Assembly (NCBI GenBank): GCA_023231475.1
Contig: JALJEE010002015.1
Span: 1-47,936, forward strand
Length of the DNA stretch: 47,936 bases
Direction of reading: 5' to 3'
DNA from: Seison nebaliae
Taxonomy: Eukaryota
In this document: positions 1 through 12,616 of the stretch, in pieces
Position numbering within the stretch: the stretch's first letter is position 1
Layout of the letters: each line of letters opens with the position of its first letter
Notes under the pieces: model-generated
The model's input: only the letters and a program-made list of their open reading frames with translations
What the model was told of the DNA's origin: nothing
The model's database searches: none
Program-made: the position numbers and the translations under genes

Positions 1-1
1 A

Positions 2-274
2 AAATTCATTCATATATTTGTCGATGCGAGTAAATGGGCGATCGCCGTGGTACTATATGTGAGTTCTGATAAAGATTCCTATTTATTATACGCGAGAAGC
101 AAACTCACAAATCAGAATAAGCAATTTACCGTACAGAGAGCTGAACTTGAGGCTATATTATATGGATGTCGAATTTTTCAGAGAATAAAGGAAGAAACGA
201 CTAAACTACAGAAAACAAATACAGCACAAATTATAAACTCTCAATCTCATATCTTTCTCTCCTCTCTTCTTTAA
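2..274 (+). mobile_element. BEL/Pao LTR-retrotransposon RNase H fragment (runs off the window start)
   Basis: Frame 2 reads KFIHIFVDASKWAIAVVLYV...YLLYARSKL...TVQRAELEAILYGCRI, matching the BEL/Pao RNase H pattern (LHxFxDAS..A...VY; SKS; TIPRLEL.A). Similarity fades after ~nt 215, so it is probably truncated. Confidence 0.75.
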
Positions 275-378
275 AATACTCTTACTCTAACGAATTCGGA
301 ACCACTTAGTTATTCTAGTTGTTCACTTGTTGACTATAAGAATTCTTAGTAAACCAGTCGTTGATCAGCAAGAACTAC

Positions 379-2144
379 TTATACTAACATCGTGGTGTCT
401 GTGACAGTCGTTGTGGTGGTGGTAGTTGTCGTCGTCGTTGTGGTGGTGGTGGTGGTTGTCGTCGTTGTCGTAGTCGTTGTCGTTGTGGTGGTAGTTGTTG
501 TGCTCGTTGTAGTACTTAACCGTGGCTATAAATTTGTTAAATAGATATACATCGTTTCAAAATAATAAATTTTCGCTAACTTCCGATTCATCCTCACATG
601 CATCACAAAGAGTGGGACAAACTTCTTGAAAATGAACCAAATGACAATAAATTTCCATACCAGCACTAGAACATACCTTATCATCTAGACATCGACAAGG
701 AGAATAATTACATTTTTTAGGACAATGCTCTAATACTTGGGTCAAAGAGCAATGTTGTTCCGAAATTGACGAACAGTACTGTTGATCTTTACAATCTAAG
801 AATAATGTTCTTTAGTAATCGACATAGTATAATTTTCCGCAAACTTAAACAAATTCCACATCTCTTTGGACAGGAATCTTTTACTTGTTGTAGGTGACAG
901 TAAGCATCACTAGAAATCTGAGAACACATGTTATCGTCAATGCATTCTTCTAAATAATTTAGCACCAAAATTTTTAATAAATAGAACTACAATTTTTTAA
1001 CTTCGACATTCAGGAATATTACACTTCATAGGACATACTTTTTTAACTGCTTCTAAACGACATGTAGTTTTATCAATTGTTGCACAAACATTTTGATCGA
1101 CACAATCATTCAATTCTAAAACATAAGTTTAGATTTAATATTTGGAGATATAGTCGTAATCTTCTAACTAGGAATATTGGAAACTGTTGTGCTGACCGTT
1201 GTTGTCTGTGTTCCACATGGGTATACGTTACATTTCGATGGGCATAAACTTTTCACATTTGTTAAATCACAATGGTGGATTTCGATTGTTGAACAAACAC
1301 TCTGATCATCTTCGCAACCTAGAAATTCGATTTGGTAAGGTAACGGATGATGTGAGAAATTCAATATGTTAAATGATTCAATTTTCGATTAGTATGAAAA
1401 CTTTCACAGGGTGGTTGCCTGCACATTGTGGGACAATGTGTTAAAGCCAAACTGCTCTCGCATGTGTCCAACGGCCGAGTATTTCCACACTCCGCAGCAT
1501 CATCACATGGGCCACTTCCTAGATTATAAATTCAAAATATTGAATAATATTTTATTTCAAACTTCTTACCCTTGTCAACATATTCATCAAACATATTTTC
1601 TGTTGACATAAATTAGGGCACTTATTGTTAATATTGTTAATTTTACAATCTTCTAGTGAATAGTTTGTACATTCTTTAGAATCTATGCAAAATTTGATAG
1701 CTATAAAATGAAATTTCAAATGAAATTGATTATTAAAATAAAATATAATAATTTTAGAACTTGCAACTTTCCGGTCTTTACAAAACCCGCATGTCTTCGG
1801 ACATGATATCCTTTTGGTGATTTCTTTGCAATTCTCATACAAACAAGAAGATTTTTCTTTCACATTCAAACATTTTACTACCAACATAAGAATATTTGAA
1901 GAAAAAAAACCAACAGAATTCACAAGAAGGCCCGAAAATGTTTTCGGGGCATTTACATTGACAAGAACTTAGATCAAATGTTCCTCCATTATAACAAATA
2001 TTATTTACTTCGCAGATATATTTTGCTGGAAAAAATTTTATTAATTGGATATGTTTTTTGGAAAAATTAACTTAAAGCCGGCGTAATAAACACAATCAAG
2101 CTTGATGCCAGCAAATATGTGCTTACAACGTTTATTATTTTCAT
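379..2144 (-). CDS. Secreted protein: signal peptide, EGF-like domain, 8 ShK/ShKT-like domains and a poly-Thr (mucin-like) tail; 10 exons
   Basis: ATG at 2144 gives the signal peptide MKIINVVSTYLLASSLIVFITPALT. Exon 2 is CEVNNICYNGGTFDLSSCQCKCPENIFGPSCE (EGF-like). Eight six-Cys units end in CPxxCxxC (e.g. CPKTCGFC, CPKRCGIC, CPTLCDAC). The last exon (525-379) is a run of ACN codons ending TAA. All 9 GT..AG introns preserve frame. Confidence 0.85.
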
Positions 2145-2415
2145 TGTTTTTTATCGAACTAAAATTGAGAGATTTCTGATGGGGCATAAATTTTTTAGCA
2201 ACTAAATTCCTAAGGATTGACAATAGTATGTTCAAATTTGTTTGGTGTAAATTTATTACCGTTCGGGAAAAAATAAAAAAGTTTCAATGTTTACGGTCAC
2301 TTCTTGAGATGTTTATTTAAAGTTTCGTAACATCATAATAAAAAATTAAGGATTTAAGTTTAGGAAATGCTTACTTTTGTTTTTCGCAACAAAAAAATTC
2401 AACTTTTGTGATAAA

Positions 2416-2490
2416 TGATTCAGTAAATACGGGAGTATGACTCACAAAAATGACTAACATTGTCAGTAAATGACTAAATACAGTGACTTA
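2416..2490. promoter_or_regulatory. Cluster of five AP-1-like TGA(C/T)T(C/A/T)A motifs upstream of the ShK gene
   Basis: tgattca 2416, tgactca 2438, tgactaa 2451, tgactaa 2471 and tgactta 2484, lying 270-350 bp upstream of ATG 2144. Function is inferred only. Confidence 0.25.
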
Positions 2491-3386
2491 CAGTTATACA
2501 AGTGTCCAGATTTGAAGTTATTGTTGCGTCATTGTTGTTGTTCTTGTGCTCTGTTAGCACATTCTAGAAAAAATTGAAGTAAAGAATGAGAAAAACTGAA
2601 GTAAACTCCAGATATTGGTAAGCTAAAAAAGTTGTTTTCAGGAAGCTCAAGTTTTTCGGTTTATCATCAAATTCATTATGAAAAAGTAAGTTTTGTGACT
2701 GCTGATTGAACAAAGTGTCAATGAGTGAGAGGTTTAACATCATTTATCTTCAATGTAAATTATTCCCCTAATTACTGGAAACTTTGGCAATCAAAAATTT
2801 TTTGTCACTTGTTAAAGTAACATATTCTCATTGTTCATCATCATGATATCAGCATGAAACATACAAAATTTTCTATTATGTTTTATTTCAAATATCTATA
2901 TTTATGGGAACATTTTTAATCAAGAAATATCGATATCGATGTCTAAACTTTTGTTTTTCGTAGATTTTAAGGAAATATTGTTATAATAAAAAAACTTATA
3001 TACCAAAGTTAAAATTAATAATGTTTAAATCTCCTATTCGATAATGGTACCATCAATAAAACCGTTTAAATGAATGTTGATTAAGTTTATTAAACACCGG
3101 CCAGAATAGTAAAACGAGAAAAATATTGTGCAACAAAATTGCAAAAGATGATTGAATAAAAATTGTACAAGTGATGTATATGGGCGATAGGAGAACGGAG
3201 ATGCAGATATAAAAATGAGAAAGAGACATGGTTTGGACTGCGGAGTGAATTTAAAACTTTTGTGAAATTTTCATGAGATCGTCAACTGGATTGAAATGAA
3301 TGAAACGTATTCTTTTACTAATGAATAAATGTAGTGACCATTGGAGGTACTACGGATAAAATAAATTTTCTTAATTATCTTTGACG

Positions 3387-5657
3387 TTAGTGATTCTCTA
3401 AATTATTATTGTTCATTGAGAGCGATGTTGTTGTGGAATCGTGAGGCATGATTTGATCGATGGATTCATTAACAAATCTCCTTCGTTTCGTCTGTTGATG
3501 GAAGAGATTAGTGTCAAGTGCATCATCATTCGGTGTTAGATAACCGGTAGACATTCCATCTGTTACGGAACTTGAATCACTTAACGTGTGACTCGTAGAA
3601 TTTGATAAATAATTATCATTTTGTTGAAGTTGAGGATGGTGGTGTGTAAAAATGTTGGAATTGTTATTAAATGAAGTGACGACGATTTGAGGCGTAGAAG
3701 AAAGATATTGACGTTTCTTTATATCAATTGATGTTGGAGGAAAATGGGAGTTTTGTTTTATATTAATTGAGTTTGGTGATGAATTAGAAATTATTGTTGG
3801 TGTCGTTTTCACTTCGTTAGTCGTGGAGGAGGAAACGGAACCGGTTGATGATCCTCCAAGAGAAATTGGAGAATAAGAGATCATGGAACTTAAAGGAGAT
3901 GAACGATTCCAAGAAGAACATTGATCATTCGTCTCACAATTTTTTCTTTTACATTTGGAAGATGAAGTGGTATGTGATGAAGTGGAATCTCTCTGAATTT
4001 GATGTGACAAGAATGATAAAGTAGTGGCTGTTGTGGATGGAGATTGATGAGAGATCAGATTATGTGAAAGAAAATTTGGATTAGTAGAAGAGGAAAAGAA
4101 TGATGATGATGATGTTGTCGGATTTGAGGGATTTAGAAATGATGAACATTTTTTATCGATATGAATATTTTCACATGAAGAAGAAATGCGTGCAATTTGC
4201 ATAAAACTCTTCTCTTTTTGTAATTCTTTTTCATTAGAATTCAATTCTGATTGAATTAACGTTCCCACTCTCGACTTCATCAATGGTGATGGCATCATCA
4301 TCGGCGATCGAGCACATGATGGTGATGGAGAATCAGCATATTCATCGAATGAATCATGTGGATTACAATTGCCCCCTCGCATACCAGGCGCCCAACTCTT
4401 CACACTGCTCATTGAAGGTGAACGACTACGTTTGTATGAGAGTGGCAAATTTGAGGTGGTAAATCCAAAATCTGAATGTGTCAACTCATGCCAATGTGGA
4501 AAACAATGTAATGGAGGATTAATATTATTTGAATTACTGTTATTTGGAAGTGAATGTGGAATTTGATAATTCTGAGATGAATAATTTGAAAGTGAGAATG
4601 ATTGTTCTTTCAACGACGTATTACTAATTTTCGAATTGTGATTTTGATAAAGTTGATTATCATTTTGATTATTATTCTTATTCCCACCAATGTTCAACGG
4701 TCGATGATTATTCGATAAATTATTATTCATTAACATGGGCGTTGCCGGTGAACTATAATTATGGAAAATTTTCTCCTTATTGTTGTTGTTGTTATATTGA
4801 TGAATTGATTCAGTTGATTTCTCATTATCATGACAGGAACCGAAAAATTGAGAAGAAGAAATGTCAATTCTCCTCTCGTCCGGTCTATTGATATTGGTCG
4901 AATCACCAGTTTTTTGGATTTTCATATTCACATCCAAATGACTAATCTGATCAGAGTGAGGAGATTGTGAAAATTTCTCTCCCTCATAATTGATAGGATG
5001 ATGGTTGTCATGAGAAAGTTCGTTACTAAATGTCATGCTCGAATCACGATACAGAGTGAACGATTGACTCTTTGTCTTATTCGTACTATTTCCATTTTGA
5101 GCTGATGGAATCTGCTGAATTGGTTTCCTATCAATCACATCAGAATTGAAGCAACAATATGATCTCTCATAAACAGTGTTATTCATTCGTTCTTCATCCA
5201 TATCATTCGCATTCTTGTAAATTATAGATGTAAAATTATGAGTCCCGTCAACCGTCGTCGTCATCGTCTTGATTGTTGATGTTATCGCCGTTCCAATTGT
5301 TGTCGTTATCGTAATTGCTGTTGACATTGAATGAGAGACGAAGTATGGATATTGAGGTTGACAATTTAAATTTCGATTATCAATCACTTCTTTTTTATTT
5401 TCATTTAATAATTTGATATTTAACGATCTTTCTTCTTTCATATCATTCGTCTCTTCTTCAACTAACATTCGTTCGCCAATTACTGTTGCTGTTAATTGTG
5501 AATTATCGTTTGATGTGGTATCGATTGATTCATCGAAAAGTTTTCTATGCACTGCGACACTTGATGGACTGAAGACAAAATTTTCATGGTTTCCATTTTC
5601 AAGCGATTTTTCCGATTCGTCACTCTTCCCATTCTCTATTCTCTTTTCCGTCGACAT
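3387..5657 (-). CDS. 756-aa Ser/Asn-rich disordered protein, FAM122/PABIR-like (putative PP2A-B55 regulator)
   Basis: Long uninterrupted ORF. The segment KRSRSPS...SRVGTLIQSELNSNEKELQKEKSFMQIARISSSCENI resembles the FAM122 core (RRSNSAP...RLHQIKQEE...RE..HERE.Q.A.QIS.SWEE). Coding status is confident; the family call is tentative. Confidence 0.6.
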   Translation of the reverse strand: MSTEKRIENGKSDESEKSLENGNHENFVFSPSSVAVHRKLFDESIDTTSNDNSQLTATVIGERMLVEEETNDMKEERSLNIKLLNENKKEVIDNRNLNCQPQYPYFVSHSMSTAITITTTIGTAITSTIKTMTTTVDGTHNFTSIIYKNANDMDEERMNNTVYERSYCCFNSDVIDRKPIQQIPSAQNGNSTNKTKSQSFTLYRDSSMTFSNELSHDNHHPINYEGEKFSQSPHSDQISHLDVNMKIQKTGDSTNINRPDERRIDISSSQFFGSCHDNEKSTESIHQYNNNNNKEKIFHNYSSPATPMLMNNNLSNNHRPLNIGGNKNNNQNDNQLYQNHNSKISNTSLKEQSFSLSNYSSQNYQIPHSLPNNSNSNNINPPLHCFPHWHELTHSDFGFTTSNLPLSYKRSRSPSMSSVKSWAPGMRGGNCNPHDSFDEYADSPSPSCARSPMMMPSPLMKSRVGTLIQSELNSNEKELQKEKSFMQIARISSSCENIHIDKKCSSFLNPSNPTTSSSSFFSSSTNPNFLSHNLISHQSPSTTATTLSFLSHQIQRDSTSSHTTSSSKCKRKNCETNDQCSSWNRSSPLSSMISYSPISLGGSSTGSVSSSTTNEVKTTPTIISNSSPNSINIKQNSHFPPTSIDIKKRQYLSSTPQIVVTSFNNNSNIFTHHHPQLQQNDNYLSNSTSHTLSDSSSVTDGMSTGYLTPNDDALDTNLFHQQTKRRRFVNESIDQIMPHDSTTTSLSMNNNNLENH

Positions 5658-7452
5658 TCTCTTTCAAATGCTTCGTTAATAATTCTTCTTTTCCTTTTGG
5701 TGGAAATGTATATATATATATATATTTATTCAAATTAATATTCTCTTAACGAATTGTTAGTAAGTTTCTACTTTGCCCATCACATGTCAAAGTGAAGACC
5801 AAATAACATGGATCGTTTTATTTTGGATGAAATTCTTTTATTTTCTCTCGAATGATCAAATGATTTCTTTTCTTTTTCTGTTTCGATTTAAGTAGATCGT
5901 TCACTTGAAAAACTTCGTTTCAACACCAAAATCTATTCACTTCACATCACATGAGAAGCAACTGAATATTTCGATCGATTTAACCATCGACTCTTCATCT
6001 GATCGGAAAGAAATAAAATTATCTTATTTCATCTTCATTCGCTTCGTAAATATTTAAAATAAATAATCATTCCTTCCCAAACAAAAATAGAAAATTTTCA
6101 TTTACTACATATTTCCCCCCTTCTCATACACATTTATCTCTTCCCTTTCATTCTACTTTTTTCACTGATCGATATCGGACAAATAATAATTGTCAGTTCT
6201 AATGCGTGAGGAGAAAAAGAAATTGAAGTTTTTGGGAGAAATGGAATAGAAAAAAGAATTTCTACGGAAGACTCGAAAGGGAATCATTCCACCATATTCT
6301 TTTAACGGCACATTTCTACCAAACAAATTAATGGGACGAATTGATTAATTTACTTAAATATATTATTTTCTTTTTCCCTTTTTCTACACTCTCCACACCA
6401 ATATTTCCTTCATCCAACTAATGGAAATGATGAAGCTATTCAGAAGAGAAGAATTAGAAGTGTCACATATAAAACACAAATTTCTCTGTAAAGACTGTTC
6501 GCAATGATTCTTGACTTCTTATGTCCAATTATATGTGAATTATTAGAATATATGGAGTCCGATTTCGAAAGCCGTTCCTTCACTAAAAAAATTATCAAAT
6601 ATTCTTTTTCAATTTTTTCCTAATTCACTCGATAAGAATCTATCGACAAACGACTGAAAGAAGAAAAAAACTCTTTTTGAAAAATGAACATTCAATTAGC
6701 GAAATTTTCCTATTCTGTTTAGCTCTAGCTAATACTTATAATATACAATAGTCATTCAATCGCCTTCATATTACCTAAAATGTAACATGTTCGGATGATT
6801 CTTGTTAGGTTAGGCAATTCTTTCGACAGGCTATTGATATTCAGTCTCACTCGTTAACATTAATGGCGCTAATACTAGACATCAGTGAATATATCAAGAC
6901 AATCAATACTAATCTTACGGAACGTTTTTTTCTTCACGCGGCAGAATCTCATTTTATGTTTCATTTATATCTCATTTTATAAATTTCTGAAATCGCATGA
7001 TTTGATCACTGATCGCCTTTCAACTAATTGAAATTATTAAAATCATTTCTCTGTTGTTGAAAGCTCAAACGATGGAATTGACAATTCAACCATGGTAAAT
7101 AACTACTTTAATAATTGAACACTTCTTCCTCACAATTTGACTCGAAAAGATTTGGAAGAAAAATAATAAACTACAACTATAGTTAATATCATATAAGTTC
7201 TTGTGAAAACATGTAACGGGAACAGGAATAAAATCTATAACGTCTGCTTTTGAAAAGTCCAGTTAATCAAAACAGGACGATACATGTGACTCATTTCCAA
7301 AGTAACTGTTAAAAAGAACGAACATTAATTATTTTTCGGTCACACAAATTACATTATTATTTTTCATAATCTTGATATGCTGTTGCAGCAGCCTATGCCT
7401 TAATACGGTATTGTTGCATCTTTTATGGAAATTGATATAGTGGAAATAATTA

Positions 7453-7509
7453 TACATACACACACATACAAACAGACACACACATACACATATGTATACG
7501 CACACACAT
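7453..7509. repeat. Imperfect (CA)/(TA) microsatellite
   Basis: tacatacacacacatacaaacagacacacacatacacatatgtatacgcacacaca is seen directly. Confidence 0.8.
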
Positions 7510-10324
7510 TCAACTACAAGAAGAAATATTGACATATAACATGTATGTATGGTAAATGAAAAATAGTTCTTTTGTTGTTGATGATTTTGTTGAAAATGAT
7601 AAATTTTTGGTTATATGTATCTTCATTCGCTTCCATTTTAAATAGAAATGGTTGATGACGAACTAATTTACCATATCATTTTCATCATTGGATTATCGAA
7701 ATGTTCTTATTGTATGCGACTTTATTTTAGAAAAATAAAAGGAGAAAAAATAATTGGGTTATTTTTAACTTCCGGATAAAAATTATTTGAAAAATCTATT
7801 TGACAAATCATCATTCCCGTTTAAATGTTATCTGTGGGGAGGTTCTAAATGATGAAAATTTCTGAAATTGGAATGGAAAATAATGTTTCTATAGTTGCTC
7901 ATTGTCTTTTGGAAATTTTGTTGTTTGATTTGTTTTGGAATAGTTTCCGTTTCTCAACAAGGAAAGAGTATTAGAACCATTTTTTAGTAGCCAAACAATC
8001 CAAGCACACAATATATGTAACTTTTTTTTACCCATGTAAGCTTGTATACATAGTCTATAACTTAATATTCAGAACAAGTTAAACTTTTTAAATAAATTTG
8101 ATCGGAAATGTTATAGAATAACCATTAAAAAATTATTAATAAAAGTGAAGAGTATGTCGGACTGTCGATCAATAGTTTTCTAATGAAAATGATCAAATGT
8201 TATGGAATAAAATAATATCAATTATGAAAATATCAATGGAAAACGTGGGTAAGGAATTTTCCATAATGAAAAAAGTGAGTGAAAAGAATACCGTTTTGGG
8301 GAATGAGGAAATTACCGTTTTACTACTTCGGCTGGGAAATTTTAGTCAGGGTTGGGGAAAAGTGAGTCATACGAAATCTCAATTAGAACTGTCCTCAAAT
8401 TAAAAACATATATGGGAAATCGTGGGAAAATGTTTTCCTAGTTTGCCAGGTTCTTTTTTCAAATAATAATTTTCTGACGTTGAATAAATGTTTGGGAAAA
8501 TAATGTTGCAAATTTGGAAATTAATTTCACTTGAATGGAAATTATGGGAGTACAGTTTGGTAGTTATTAAAATTGGTAAAAGTTGGGAGGTTAGATATAT
8601 GAGCTTTCCTAGAATATCCGCGGCAAACTATTTGGACGCAGAAAGTGAAACTTATTTGATTTGACAATACAATATCTACGTACTCATATAGAAGAGAGAA
8701 AGAACGATAAAAAAGAATCGAGAAGAGAAAAAATTGATTAAGTATTTCGATTAACCTAATGGAAATGAGTTTTATAGAAATGATTAGTTTGATAAATGAT
8801 ATAAAAATTTGATGAATGAGTCATTTTTTGGGAATAAAATTTGAGCGGTAGAAGGAAGCATATGTCATTAATCCAACTATATATTTATTATATTTACACA
8901 CCGAATGGACTAACTTGTTCTTTTAACTAAAATTGTTTCGCCATTCGAAATAGAACCGGGAAATAGAAATAGACTTCATTCACCACAACTAATATAAATC
9001 TTTCCTCATAAAAAAATGTGTGATCACCATCGACTTTAATGAGAAAAACGAAATGGCAGAAGACACCTCATGTAAGTAGTACAGTCCACCAACGATGATC
9101 GGAAATAGGGAAAGTATTAGGCTAGTTAAAAATATTTTATAGAAGGAGAAAATATTTGCTTAACAGTTATGTTAGCACGTTGCTTGACAAAAGAGAAATT
9201 AAATAAAAATATTTTTCATATGAATAATAAATAAACATTAAGGAAAATTTTAGGAAAGAAGATATCAGTTCGGACACTTCACCATCCCATAAAAATGCTC
9301 ATCGGTAATTACGGACAGCTGTCAACCATTTAAATTGTAGTTTTGACACTTTCCACTCAAATTTGCAAATCTATTATTTCGATGTAATGAATCATTACTA
9401 ATGATGATCATATTCCTTAAACTATTAATTGAATTATTATCTGTTCAATGAAGCTATTCTCACAAGAAAAAACTATGAAAAAAAGAGAAATTTTGGTTAT
9501 CATGTCATCGACAAAATTAAAAATATGAACTCAATTTTCATCAACGTTTGAATCATTATTAAGATACAAATTCACCATAATTATTATTATGAATTGACTA
9601 ACCTTCATATATTAGTTGAGGAACGATATAGTTTTATACTAATAGATCTTGCTCAAGTTGATTCTAACATCCTTCAATTGGAATACATGACGAAGTAGAC
9701 TGAAAATGATTGTCAGGTAATATCGCATTTTGCAATGTTCCATTAATTTACTGTAAATACCTTCGATCTCACCTATTTTCTCTAGTTGTTCATAGAGTGA
9801 AACGTTGGACTAATAAAAATTATTTTTTTATATTCTTCTACTTCTTGAACCGTAAAATCCAATAAAAAATTATTCTTTAATATCTTTCTCGTCTAAAGGA
9901 CGTGAAGACGATGAATCCTTTTTATGATATTTTAACAAGAAACGAAAATTGATGAACGTATAAAGTTACACAGAAAAAGATGTCATCAGTAACAAAAAAG
10001 TGAACAGATCAGTATATTTTTATGGTAAATCGAATGATGTTCGAAAAATAAAAAAATTGATGAATATAGGTAATTTTCCAATGTAGATATTATCTATATT
10101 AGATATAGAATCTCATAGGAATTCATCATACTGCAGAGATGGACTTAAGTGCATGCATATACATGGAACAATCTGTTCTTTTTGCATGCACAGCTAATTT
10201 ATAAGTAATTCATGCTCAAGTGGTTAAAAGATCTGATAAGTGAGCTTATTGTAAACTTTATATCAAATACATCTTCCCATTTCTTCATTTGAACATAAAA
10301 AGGATTTTCGATGAACTTATCGAA

Positions 10325-10896
10325 GAGTCTAGGTGATTTGGTAGACGAACCATTTGGTAGACCGACAATTTGGTAGACGAACCATTTGGTAGATCGACAA
10401 TTTGGTAGACGGAGATTTGGTAGACCGACCATTTGGTAGACTCCGTATGGGAAATAAATGTAGATATTTTCTTATTTCACATTTAAATTGCTCCAAAATT
10501 TTGGATCATTCAAAAGGATTATGCTCATTAAAAATACAGTTAAAGTTAAATTTTAATTTTAATTGATTATGTAATTTATTATATTATAATATTTTATTTA
10601 TAAAAACCAGTGAAAATATTCTTATATTTTCTTTTTCTTATTTTCTTTTTCTTTTTTTCATTTTTTGATTTTCACTGATTTTTATAAATAAAATATTATA
10701 ATATAATAAATTACATAATTAATTAAAATTAAAATTTAACTTTAACTGTATTTTTAATGAGCATAATCCTGTTGAATGATCCAAAATTTTGGAGCAATTT
10801 AAATGTGAAATAAGAAAATATCTACATTTATTTCCCATACGGAGTCTACCAAATGGTCGGTCTACCAAATCTCCGTCTACCAAATGTCGTTTTCCC
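10325..10896. mobile_element. Non-autonomous foldback element (Mutator/MULE-type), ~570 bp, with 9-bp TSD
   Basis: Near-perfect inverted arms (~10390-10618 vs ~10668-10885) surround a T-rich spacer. Subterminal 15-16-bp tandem repeats with core atttggtagac occur 7 times on the left and 3 on the right. The direct repeat cttatcgaa lies at 10316-10324 and 10897-10905. Confidence 0.85.
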
Positions 10897-11550
10897 CTTA
10901 TCGAATGATTGACGATAGAACTGACTATTGACTATTGACTGTTGACTATCATACAATAATCGAGATAGATATAGTCAATCCGATGGAACATTTAACAAAC
11001 TTTTCTGATATAAAAATAGGTTTTTCAGCAATTTACAATTAGGTACAAATATTTGAAAATGTTTGGGTGTGAATCTTAAAAAGTAAAATCCCAAAAAAAT
11101 GTAACAGAAAAGAATTTCATAATGAATCAATGAGAGATGTAGTCGCATAATACTCCATATTACTATTGGTGGTTTGAATAGATAGATTAAATTCATGATT
11201 ATTTTTAAATGTTCATGGTTGAAAATTAAGTGAATTCGAATATTTGATTTTTGTCCCTGATCTTGCCAAATGATAAAGTTCTTATAAAGATAAGGATTCC
11301 AAATATATATATTTCCCCAAAAGAATTCCATCAATATATGAATTATTTATTTGTCATGTACATCATTATGATGCAATTTAATAAAAAAATGCTTATATTC
11401 GTATGTGAGCAATGTTTGTGACACTTCAATTATATCTATTTATCATCTTTACAAATGACAGTCATCAAAATGCATTATTCGGAGAAACGAAGATTGGAAT
11501 TATCGGAAAAAATTTTATTTTAAAGAGCAAAATTAAAATATTGTTTTGGA

Positions 11551-12297
11551 TTACTTCAATTTCTCTTGTTTATCCTTTTCCTCCTTCTCCAATTTTCCCT
11601 TCATTTTCTTATCATTCCTCGCTTTCTTGATCAAGTTGAAGGCATATGCTCCTCGTTCACTCTCTTTCTTCGTTATCTTTTTCTACACATATACACATTT
11701 GAAATGAATGACAAACAATGAAATCGACTAACCGTTCCTTGGAAAACTTGGTTGTCTTTCGTAATCGGTACGATTACTTTGGAAACCGTGTTCTCCATAT
11801 CGACATCCATAGCCTAACAATAAGATGAAATGAGAGAGAATTGAAAAAATAAACATCTTGTTTCTTCTTCTTCGGTAAAACGGTGACTCGATTCATATAT
11901 TCTGTCAATCTCTCTTTGTTTTTCTCAAACGATTCCATCGATTTATTACGACGACGTAAATCGACAGAAATACCGATAGTTTGCGCATATCTCCAATGAA
12001 GACCAACTGCCTTTAATTCGTCCATAGTGAATCCACGTCCTAATCTCTGACGTGAATTGTAACGTTGAGATGGACAATGAACTGCCGGTTTCATTTTGTT
12101 GACCGGACAAGGATTCATTCGTTTCACCTTTTCCACTCGTTTATCATGACGGCGCTTCTTTCGTGCAGGTTGATTGAACCATGTTTTCACAAATCTTCAA
12201 TAAAATTGAAAAGAAAATTTAAAGAATCAAAAATTAACCGTTGCCAATCTTTGTGGAAATGTCCATTTGGTATTATGTTATTACCTTTTGGCGCCAT
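11551..12297 (-). CDS. RPL13: 60S ribosomal protein L13 (eL13), 4 exons
   Basis: MAPKGNNIIPNGHFHKDWQR|FVKTWFNQPARKKRR...RLGRGFTMDELK...GISVDLRRRNKS. Introns at 12195-12238, 11814-11854 and ~11682-11732; TAA stop at 11551-11553. Confidence 0.96.
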
Positions 12298-12616
12298 ATA
12301 TTCTGATACTTAAAAAATGACAAAAATTCTATGTGATAGAAATAGCAAATGATTAAGATACCTCTCAGCAATAAGATACAAAGCAATATTGCAAACAATG
12401 GTTGTTGTTGTTAGCAAGCTTAAAAATTTAAATTAATTCAAATGTCTAAATCATTTTCTTTCTTTCTATTCTCAACATAAAATTTCAGTCTTTTGAGAAA
12501 AAATTATGTAAAATCAATTTAACTTTCGATCATTTTTTCAATAATTTTCAATAAAATGAAATTAAAAACGAAAATTTTAATTAACAAAAATTAAAAGAAA
12601 AACATAAGAAATATAT

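Noticed and set aside
7329..7535. ORF with VCVCV repeats
   Set aside because: Translation of a CA/TG microsatellite.
10336..10445. Regularly spaced atttggtagac repeats resembling a CRISPR array; ORF 10199-10432
   Set aside because: The period is only 15-16 bp with 4-5-nt recurring variable parts, there are no cas genes, the context is eukaryotic, and the repeats are mirrored in the foldback arm. The ORF is translated repeat.
10921..10950. Short tgactat tandem repeat
   Set aside because: Four copies of a 7-mer; ordinary slippage repeat.
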